This document shows, piece after piece, positions 29,398 to 36,224 of a stretch of 59,709 bases of DNA. Position 1 is the stretch's first letter. The number at the start of each line of letters is the position of its first letter. Origin of the DNA: a virus. Its lineage: Duplodnaviria > Caudoviricetes. The stretch is taken from the IMG/VR virus record IMGVR_UViG_3300024999_000116, positions 1 to 59,709 of that record; one strand, given 5' to 3'. A program made the position numbers and the translations under genes. Below the pieces are notes generated by a model. It was not told where the DNA came from, searched no databases, and saw only the letters and a list, made by a program, of their open reading frames with translations.

Positions 29398-29462
29398 TTA
29401 TTGAAACAGGGGTAAAACCCTGTTCGCAGGAGGTGACTGTCCTGCGCTGATGAGATAAGTTA
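29398..29462 (+). ncRNA. Type II hammerhead ribozyme
   Basis: GAAA 29403-06; stem III ACAGGG/CCCUGU; GUU cleavage triplet 29422-24; stem I CGCAGGA/UCCUGCG; CUGAUGA 29447-53; open stem II UUAUU/GAUAA. Confidence 0.85.
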
Positions 29463-29472
29463 AATAATACGA

Positions 29473-29557
29473 GTTTTGGAGTGGAGGGGTCGGGTCCGGA
29501 ATGGAGTGTCCCGGCGGGGATAGGTATGGTGAGGCGGGGTATGTCTAGGCGAGGGTA
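29473..29557 (+). repeat. Phased pentamer array 2 (17 units, G(G)H-NN): putative guide RNA
   Basis: gtttt ggagt ggagg ggtcg ggtcc ggaat ggagt gtccc ggcgg ggata ggtat ggtga ggcgg ggtat gtcta ggcga gggta; 17/17 start with G, 14/17 with GG. Confidence 0.85.
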
Positions 29558-29560
29558 ATA

Positions 29561-29596
29561 AAAAATAACCACATCTTAATCGATGTGGTTATTTTT
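29561..29596. terminator. Bidirectional intrinsic terminator
   Basis: aaaaataaccacatc-ttaatc-gatgtggttattttt, a perfect 15-bp inverted repeat. Confidence 0.85.
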
Positions 29597-29801
29597 CGTC
29601 CGACACGTATTCTAGTAAGTCGCCTGGGTGACATTTAAGGGCAGTACAAATTCTATCTATTACCGACACGTCAATTCTGGTGATGTTTCCGTTATACATT
29701 GCATACAGAGTATTCTTATTAACTCCGCTTAACTCGTGTAGTTTAGGAACTTTCATTCTATCTCTGTCGAACATAATTTTGTCTAAATTAAATTTTATCA
29801 A
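29589..29801 (-). CDS. Xre/Cro-C1 HTH regulator (HTH_26-like)
   Basis: TTG 29801 after GGAGGTG; IKFNLDKIM..RIDVSVIDRICTALKCHPGDLLEY. Confidence 0.85.
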   Translation of the reverse strand: MIKFNLDKIMFDRDRMKVPKLHELSGVNKNTLYAMYNGNITRIDVSVIDRICTALKCHPGDLLEYVSDEK

Positions 29802-29883
29802 CTTCGATACACCTCCATGAAGTATATTATACAACGATGCACAAATAAAAGCAACTGAATTTGATATTTTATACACATAAGTA

Positions 29884-29912
29884 TTGACATTAAAGGTCGT
29901 ATATTATACAAT
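29884..29912 (+). promoter_or_regulatory. sigma-A promoter
   Basis: TTGACA-17-TACAAT. Confidence 0.65.
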
Positions 29913-29952
29913 AAAGTCAATAGAATTAACATAAATACAGGGAGGCAGAGAT

Positions 29953-30237
29953 ATGGAAAAAAGTTTCAAAGAATGTTTTGCGGAGTTATGCTCTGACCGG
30001 GCGAGTGATGCAATCGTATCGGCACGACAGAAGGATGCTGAGTATGTCGAGGCGATGGACAGGTTAAACGATATTCGCAATAAATTAATCCCACTATTGA
30101 GCGATGGTAACGAATTCCTACTTAATCAGTTACTTGATGCTTATACTCGTAGGCAGGTTTGCGAAACTCGTTTAGCCTATGAACAGGGTATGCGTGATGG
30201 ATTGCGGTTGAATAAGATAGTGGGAGGGGTAGCATGA
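29953..30237 (+). CDS. Small helical protein
   Basis: GGGAGG RBS; AYEQGMRDGL motif common next to Xre/antirepressor genes. Confidence 0.55.
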   Translation: MEKSFKECFAELCSDRASDAIVSARQKDAEYVEAMDRLNDIRNKLIPLLSDGNEFLLNQLLDAYTRRQVCETRLAYEQGMRDGLRLNKIVGGVA

Positions 30238-30845
30238 ACGATTTGGTTATTATGAGTGATTTTGGTGTTACTTGTTTAAAGGGTGTGCCGGTTGTAAGTA
30301 GTCGTAGTGTAGCGGAGATATTAGATATTGAACTGAGTAACGATATGTTGTTGTATAAAAATACACACGTTGATGCCATTGGACTATTAGAAACCGCTAT
30401 GCTACTTTCTCTTAGGGATCCTGATTTATTGGATCGCAACCTAAAAATAATTGATTTGGCTACAGAAATTTTTGATAAAAAACATGAAACGCCTTTCTTG
30501 CTTTATTCTATTAGAGAAACGGTAATGAGAAATTTCTTGAATAGTAGGATAAAGGAAGTTGATGTTTGTGGATGGTTTAAAGAAAACTTTAGGAATGTAT
30601 TGGGTACTGATTTCGAGATAGTTAAACGTAAGAACGACAAAAAACACATTCCTGATTTTTGGCTACTAAAGAATGGTTATTATACGCCTGTAGAGGTAAA
30701 ACTTCACTCTTTTAAAGATACTGATTTAAAGCAACTACTAAGGTACATGGATTTCTATGATTGCTCTGAGGGCGTAGCGGTTGCTAAAAACTTGAAATGT
30801 AGTTTGCCGAGCAATATAACCTTTGTCTCATACGAGATTTCATAG
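30234..30845 (+). CDS. Rha-like N-terminus fused to PD-(D/E)XK nuclease-like domain
   Basis: PVVSSRSVAE; HIPDFWL..PVEVK..QLLRYM. Confidence 0.55.
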   Translation: MNDLVIMSDFGVTCLKGVPVVSSRSVAEILDIELSNDMLLYKNTHVDAIGLLETAMLLSLRDPDLLDRNLKIIDLATEIFDKKHETPFLLYSIRETVMRNFLNSRIKEVDVCGWFKENFRNVLGTDFEIVKRKNDKKHIPDFWLLKNGYYTPVEVKLHSFKDTDLKQLLRYMDFYDCSEGVAVAKNLKCSLPSNITFVSYEIS

Positions 30846-30930
30846 CACCCCTCCGGGGTGTTTTATTTTACCCATTACAGAAAAATTACTACAAATATGT
30901 TATAATTAATTAAATATCGTCGTAAAAACT

Positions 30931-31047
30931 AGCAGGCAGACCGTCACCCATAGATAGACGGTCTCACAGGGATTGCGCCCCTGTGCCTGCTCTGCCAGAA
31001 TAACATTACTTTTGCGGTATACGCAAGTAAGTAAATCCCATAGATAG
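30931..31047 (+). ncRNA. Structured 5' leader of the lysis operon (three-way junction plus hairpin)
   Basis: agcaggc/gcctgct encloses agaccgtc/gacggtct and acaggg/ccctgt; extended -10 TGtTATAAT at 30898-30906. Confidence 0.55.
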
Positions 31048-31059
31048 GGGTGGATACCG

Positions 31060-31251
31060 ATGGAGACAGGTGAAAGGTTTAGGGAATTAGAGAATCGAGT
31101 CACTAAAGTTGAAGCAAAGGTGGACTCACACATGGATGATATAAAAGAAATTAAGCAAATGCAGCAGCAGGTTCTTAAATGGATGGTTGGTGCATTGGGC
31201 AGTAGTTTGTTAACTCTTGTGGTTGTCCTGATTAATTTCATGAGGACATGA
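31060..31251 (+). CDS. XhlA-like holin/hemolysin
   Basis: ELENRVTKVE coiled coil plus C-terminal TM; lysis position. Confidence 0.65.
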   Translation: METGERFRELENRVTKVEAKVDSHMDDIKEIKQMQQQVLKWMVGALGSSLLTLVVVLINFMRT

Positions 31252-31255
31252 GAGC

Positions 31256-31534
31256 ATGAAACATCTAAAACTACTTGCGCTGTTTTTAATTATTGGGATA
31301 GTCGCAATATCGTCAATATGTTATGCCGTTAATGAGAAAAAAGATATTAACCAGTTAACCGACAATCAACTCCGGTCAGAACTGGTCAGTATTAAGGGTA
31401 TAGGTCCGGTGTTGACCGAGAGAATAGTTGAGTATCGGCAGAAACATAAACCTATTATATTGAAAGAGTTGGATTTAATTAGAGGCATCGGAGATAAGAG
31501 GTTAGCTTTGATTAAAAAGAATTTTAAGGAGTAG
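31256..31534 (+). CDS. ComEA-like helix-hairpin-helix protein with signal anchor
   Basis: Hydrophobic N-terminus; DIN..ELVSIKGIGPVLTERIVEYR..ELDLIRGIGDK. Confidence 0.8.
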   Translation: MKHLKLLALFLIIGIVAISSICYAVNEKKDINQLTDNQLRSELVSIKGIGPVLTERIVEYRQKHKPIILKELDLIRGIGDKRLALIKKNFKE

Positions 31535-31537
31535 GAG

Positions 31538-32134
31538 GTGGTTGGAGTGCTGATTTCTAATAACGAATTAATTGTTTTAGATCCTGGTCATGGCGGTTCA
31601 GATCCCGGAGCAGTAGGAAATGGTCTATTAGAAAAAAATCTAAACTGGGTAGTTGCCAATAAAATCAAAGAGAAGTTGGCTAAGTATAGCGTTCAAGTCA
31701 TGGTGCTGCAACCGTCCTGTACTAATCCAAGGTCAACGGCATCGGACGAATTAACCATACCTGTCAGAGAAGCAATTAAACTGAAAGCAGACTTCTTCCT
31801 TAGTATCCACACAAATGCCGGCAAGGGAACTGGTTTTGAAAGTTTCGTACACAATAAGGCCAGCAGGATAACTGATTTAATACGTAACATTATTCACGAT
31901 AATACGGCCCCGGTATTTACTAAAAACAATATGCCGGACAGAGGTAAGAAACGTGCCAATTTCTATGTGTTGCGGAAGATGCAGGAGGCAGGGATACCCG
32001 CCATGTTGATTGAAAACGGGTTTATCGACAATAAGAAGGATGCGGAGTTTTTAAAGGATTCGGTATTCCTTAATAAGTTGGCTAACGAGATTGCTTATGG
32101 TATTGTGTTAGCGTTTGATTTGAAGATTCGTTAG
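31538..32134 (+). CDS. N-acetylmuramoyl-L-alanine amidase (Amidase_3 endolysin)
   Basis: LDPGHGGSDPGA..EK, FLSIHTNA, AMLIENGFIDN. Confidence 0.92.
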   Translation: MVGVLISNNELIVLDPGHGGSDPGAVGNGLLEKNLNWVVANKIKEKLAKYSVQVMVLQPSCTNPRSTASDELTIPVREAIKLKADFFLSIHTNAGKGTGFESFVHNKASRITDLIRNIIHDNTAPVFTKNNMPDRGKKRANFYVLRKMQEAGIPAMLIENGFIDNKKDAEFLKDSVFLNKLANEIAYGIVLAFDLKIR

Positions 32135-32147
32135 GTAGGTGATTTGA

Positions 32148-32474
32148 ATTATCCAGATTAAACTTTATAATAACGGTTACGAAATAATTGGTCACGCAGA
32201 ACCTAAAATATGTTCCGAAGTTTCAATTTTGGCATGGGCATGTGCTAATAGTATCTACAAGATAGATGAAAATAGCGAATATTATACCAGTAGTAACGAT
32301 AACCAACAAAACCCCCATGAAGGATATACTTATATGACATTTAATACAGAGATAGAAAAAGCTATGTGGATTTTTGGTGAATATAAGTATAGCCTGGAAA
32401 TTTGGGCAAGGGAAATGTGGAAAAATCACGATGTACAGATAACTTATATTGTTTTTGACTTAAAGGTGAGGTGA
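32148..32474 (+). CDS. Prp-like (ribosomal-processing cysteine protease) protein, probable ATT start
   Basis: Frame open from ATT 32148 after AGGTGA: IQIKLYNNGYEIIGHAEPKICSEVSIL, with the GHA..C catalytic pattern. Confidence 0.6.
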   Translation: MIQIKLYNNGYEIIGHAEPKICSEVSILAWACANSIYKIDENSEYYTSSNDNQQNPHEGYTYMTFNTEIEKAMWIFGEYKYSLEIWAREMWKNHDVQITYIVFDLKVR

Positions 32475-32478
32475 TAGC

Positions 32479-32703
32479 ATGAAAGAATTCACTAAGATGG
32501 ATTGGTTTTTTGCTGGGTGTATGGCAGTATGTCTGACTACATATCTATATACCTGTCTAATCGGTAAACCGCTAGACAACATAAAGGAACTGATATTTAT
32601 TTTCGGCACAAGTATAGGTTTGGCGACTGGTGGCAGGATGATCTACAATAATCTAGGTGCGGAAACGAATAAGGATACCGAGAAAACGGTTAAACTACAA
32701 TAA
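32479..32703 (+). CDS. Holin-like two-TM protein
   Basis: Two hydrophobic segments at the end of the lysis operon; terminator follows at ~32722-32758. Confidence 0.5.
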   Translation: MKEFTKMDWFFAGCMAVCLTTYLYTCLIGKPLDNIKELIFIFGTSIGLATGGRMIYNNLGAETNKDTEKTVKLQ

Positions 32704-32762
32704 CGCGAATTAACTTTTTATACCCCGGTGACCTTTATGGTTGCCGGGTTTTTATTTTTGCG

Positions 32763-32939
32763 CAAAAAAAAGAACGCTTTTGGCGTCCGTCTAAAAGGCT
32801 AAAATTTTTCAACGTGATGGCACTATTAGATTCAACAAAAACTATTTGTCCACGGAGGAAGTCACTTCCTTTCGTATCAGATTGTCGGAGTAACCGCCGT
32901 GTGCGCTTGTCACGAGATGACAGAGGCGTAGCGGTTGAT
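32763..32939 (-). ncRNA. Candidate small RNA
   Basis: Promoter TTGCAA-17-TGgTATAAT (32974-32946), no ATG ORF, several hairpins, terminator with T-run. Confidence 0.45.
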
Positions 32940-33053
32940 GTAGATATTATACCACTCAGTTAATTATATTGCAACCGTTTTAGGTATAGGTATACTGTAT
33001 ACAGTTTATGGGGAAATAAAAAACTCCCTCAGTTAGAGAGAGTTTGTGTGTTG

Positions 33054-33524
33054 TTAGTTGACTATTTCCCAATCATCGGCAAGCACATCAAGGGTGTTGG
33101 GTGTATACATGAAATGCGATCCTGTTGCCATTTTCATTTGAAGGTACGGTTCACATTTAAACAAGTCACCTTCAGTCATGCCCCATGCTTTTGCAGTTTG
33201 AGCGTTACACGGTATGCCCTGCGGATAACCTTTCTGATAGACGATAAACATACCTTTACCATTCCAACCAGAACGAGCAACCTTAAATCCTTGCTTCATG
33301 GCTTCTATTGCCAATCCAAATGTCATGCCGTTAGTTTTGCGATACGCTTCGTCGAATTGTTTTTTAGGCGACCAACTTACATATCCATCGGGATACTTTA
33401 CTAAATACCCATTACCCTCGCTGTCTGCATTGGAAGTGTCAATAGGTCTTTGTAGAGTTACTCCTGCTACTTCCGCTGTCATTGGTCCTGCTTCAATAAT
33501 TTTAACTCCGATATATTTATCCAT
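33054..33524 (-). CDS. DUF2829/Tad2-like anti-defence sponge fused to an N-terminal YPDGYxSWSP domain
   Basis: ATG 33524 after GGAGG; MTFGLAIEAMKQGFKVARSGWNGKGMF..DVLADDWEIV. Confidence 0.75.
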   Translation of the reverse strand: MDKYIGVKIIEAGPMTAEVAGVTLQRPIDTSNADSEGNGYLVKYPDGYVSWSPKKQFDEAYRKTNGMTFGLAIEAMKQGFKVARSGWNGKGMFIVYQKGYPQGIPCNAQTAKAWGMTEGDLFKCEPYLQMKMATGSHFMYTPNTLDVLADDWEIVN

Positions 33525-33749
33525 TATCTTATCCCTCCATAGTTCTCTATTAGTCATTCAATTATACTACCAAGCAAATAAAAATTCAACCGTTTACAGC
33601 AAACTCATACCGTATGCAGGATAAATAATGTTTGATGTAGAATAACTATAATACATCTTCTGATTGTCTTACTAGCATAAAATAATCCGAAGTATATCTA
33701 CAAACAAAGGTCAACCTTCCACGGTCTGACCTCTTTTTTTTTGGTATAA

Positions 33750-34082
33750 TCATTCACCATCATACCACTTCCCGTTAATCATAACAGAACAGCCATCACT
33801 ACCGCACATAAATATTGGACCTTTTAAAAATTCAGTATAAGTTGGTTTCTTGTAGAAAAATCTAATTGGAAAGTCAAGTATTTATGTGCGGTAGTGAAGT
33901 AGCGACTCAGGTATAGGTTTTTTATCAATCTCATATTCGTTCAGTTGAAAAGTAGATATATTTAACTTTTCAGCCAACTCCCTTTTATAAAACCCTCTCG
34001 ACTCTCTCGCTTCCTTGATATTTTCTCCATGTATTTTCAGTTTATAAAGTTTCATCTTTTGAAAATCATTAATTATCTCCAC
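33750..34082 (-). pseudogene. Xre HTH gene interrupted by an in-frame TAA (33882-33884)
   Basis: Frame continues after the stop as ILDFPIRFFYKK..; the stop lies inside a 19-bp inverted duplication. Confidence 0.6.
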
Positions 34083-34108
34083 TCCCCCTCCATTAAAACA
34101 AAACTCCC

Positions 34109-34357
34109 CTAAATTAATAGGAGAGTTTGCCCACCCTCAATGCCTGCGCCTGCATCTCTTGGGTTGTGTCTGCCGTTTGGTGTAACCGCTTCCATGGAGT
34201 GATCCGGCAGTTTATTATGTCTGACCGTTGTTGTCGTTTTAAGCGGGCAAGAAATTTCATCTTGCATGTACGGAGCAGTAAAACTGTCTTGGATTCCGCA
34301 CTTCTTTCGTAGTGTCTTATTCCACCACCGCTTAATTTTCCATAACCTTTGTGTCAC
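34109..34357 (-). CDS. Hypothetical protein
   Basis: ORF downstream of the promoter at 34428-34456. Confidence 0.3.
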   Translation of the reverse strand: MTQRLWKIKRWWNKTLRKKCGIQDSFTAPYMQDEISCPLKTTTTVRHNKLPDHSMEAVTPNGRHNPRDAGAGIEGGQTLLLI

Positions 34358-34582
34358 AGATTATCTCTGCACCTCTAACCACGCCCGCAGTTCGGTTATA
34401 GAACAAGTGCCTGCTAAGTACATAAACATTATACCATCATTTAAAAACACTTTCAACTGTTTTACGTAAATTTACCTGACCAGTGACAGAAAAAAACAGC
34501 ATTTAGCACATGCTGTCAAAAGAATGATTTATTAAAATCGGTCGAGTCCGATCAAGACCTATCTACCCTTCTTAGGGGTTAC

Positions 34583-34658
34583 TGGCTGTGAAGGTAGGTC
34601 TCGAACCTACGACAAGTTGATTAACAGTCAACCACTCTACCTACTAAACTACTTCACA
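34583..34658 (-). tRNA. trnN: tRNA-Asn(GTT), CCA encoded
   Basis: TGTGAAG/CTTCACA acceptor, G73, anticodon arm GTTGA-CTGTTAA-TCAAC, T-arm GTAGG-TTCGAGA-CCTAC; 76 nt. Confidence 0.9.
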
Positions 34659-34733
34659 GTAAATGTCCCACCCTGGTAAGCATTGTCTGTACGATACGTA
34701 ACATACAAGAGGCGTAGTGGGATCTGTTAAGAC

Positions 34734-34762
34734 ATTATACCACCATCCAAAATACATTTCAA
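34734..34762 (-). promoter_or_regulatory. sigma-A promoter of the tRNA
   Basis: TTGAAA-17-TGgTATAAT; near-duplicate at 34428-34456. Confidence 0.7.
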
Positions 34763-34848
34763 CTATTTTCCCTAAAACTTACCTGAAATATGGACAAATT
34801 CACCCTGCATAAACTTAACGAACAGCATAGCGAACGGAGGTGTATTGA

Positions 34849-35094
34849 ATGACCAAAATAACAGACGTTGATAGATTTATATTAGAAGGTTTTTGTGAAT
34901 ATAGAAATTGCACTGAAAACGCAGAAGGATTTTGTCATTTATGGAAATACTTACATGATGATGATTTTTTTATAGACATTGACGGGAATTGCTCAGAATC
35001 ATGCCTATCTTTTGAATATTGTAAAGTGTGTGGAGCAGAAAAAGTATTTATTAGAGACGTAGAAAGACATTGCTGTCGGAGGTGTGATTTATGA
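34849..35094 (+). CDS. Cys-rich hypothetical protein
   Basis: GGAGGTG RBS. Confidence 0.5.
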   Translation: MTKITDVDRFILEGFCEYRNCTENAEGFCHLWKYLHDDDFFIDIDGNCSESCLSFEYCKVCGAEKVFIRDVERHCCRRCDL

Positions 35095-36224
35095 AGAAAA
35101 AACAAAAACAGAACCTTCTTGCCGATGGTATAGATGCCCTAAAAATAGCCTACAGACACCGTAAAGGCAACGAAATACCTGCAACCATACTAGACACTAT
35201 CGACATACTTTATCCACCGGATAAACCCCGTATATTGCCAATAAGGAAGGGGATTAAGAAAACTCCTACAGGTTGGCACATGATATTTACTATGCGCCCT
35301 GGTACAAATTTCAGCACTCTTAAAAATCAGCAGGACTACTTCGAGGATGCTACCGGATTGAATGTTGAAATGACTAAAAAGGGGAGGTTTTTGCACATGA
35401 ACATAAACACTAACGAGATACCTAGTAAGTTAGAATACATTTGGGATTATAGTGGCAAACTAGATTTACCTATACCTGTTGGCATTAGTAAGCAGGGGTT
35501 AGAGGTGCTACCGCTTGAAGAATCTCCACACTTACTTATTGCCGGAGTGCCGGGGTATGGTAAATCTAATTTCCTGCACGTTTTAATTAACTCCCTACTG
35601 CCAGTAGCACGAATAGGCATTATCGACTTAAAGCGGTTAGAATTTGCCTACCTAAAGGATTATGCGGCATTAGCAAAGACAGAGGAAGAAGCATTGTTGT
35701 TGATGCAGTCTATCGAAAAAGGCATGGAGCAGCGCATAAGAACGCTTGAAAAGGCAAAGGTAGTTAAAATCCAGGACTATAACAAAACAGCAAAAGAACC
35801 ATTGCCTTTTATTGTTGTCGTGATCGATGAATTAGCGGAAATATCCTGCAAAGATACAATCAAGTTAGTTGACCGCATAACCCGACTTGCCCGGGCGGTT
35901 GGAATATCAGTAGTAGCGGCAACACAAAGACCTTCAACAAAAGTTTTACCGGGTGACACCCGGGCAATGTTCCAGGCCCGATTGTGCTTTCAAGTTGCCG
36001 ATGAATTAAATAGTCGCATGGTGTTAGGTGAAACTTGTTCACTTGCCGCACACTTGCCAGGGATAAAAGGTAGAGCGATCTATAAATTCGGTATGGATAC
36101 AAAGGAAGTCCAGACAATGCACCTGCCGGTCAAACAGGCAAAAAATCTATTGAAGGGCAGGGATATGGATGTTTTTAGTGAGTGGTGCAATGTCGCACAG
36201 AAAACACGGTTATTGCCGCGATAA
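35091..36224 (+). CDS. FtsK/SpoIIIE-family ATPase
   Basis: PHLLIAGVPGYGKS, IIDLKRLE, VVIDELAE, ARAVGI..ATQRP. Confidence 0.9.
   Translation: MKKKQKQNLLADGIDALKIAYRHRKGNEIPATILDTIDILYPPDKPRILPIRKGIKKTPTGWHMIFTMRPGTNFSTLKNQQDYFEDATGLNVEMTKKGRFLHMNINTNEIPSKLEYIWDYSGKLDLPIPVGISKQGLEVLPLEESPHLLIAGVPGYGKSNFLHVLINSLLPVARIGIIDLKRLEFAYLKDYAALAKTEEEALLLMQSIEKGMEQRIRTLEKAKVVKIQDYNKTAKEPLPFIVVVIDELAEISCKDTIKLVDRITRLARAVGISVVAATQRPSTKVLPGDTRAMFQARLCFQVADELNSRMVLGETCSLAAHLPGIKGRAIYKFGMDTKEVQTMHLPVKQAKNLLKGRDMDVFSEWCNVAQKTRLLPR

Noticed and set aside
29301-29557. Plain microsatellite or G-quadruplex
   Set aside because: Units differ at positions 4-5 while phase is held without indels, and GAT/GTY units keep the register. 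G4 folding is possible but does not explain the pattern.
29292-29560. CRISPR array next to the Cas7-like gene
   Set aside because: No 25-40-nt direct repeats with spacers; the periodicity is 5 nt, and no other cas genes were recognised.
29333-29572. 79-aa minus-strand ORF
   Set aside because: Pro/Thr/Ser-rich shadow of the G-phased arrays. It has no RBS, starts inside the terminator, and a 5-nt period is not explained by coding.
30184-30200. Possible self-target of the TnpB guide (AGGGTATG, also near 40004)
   Set aside because: Only about 8 nt match, which is expected by chance.
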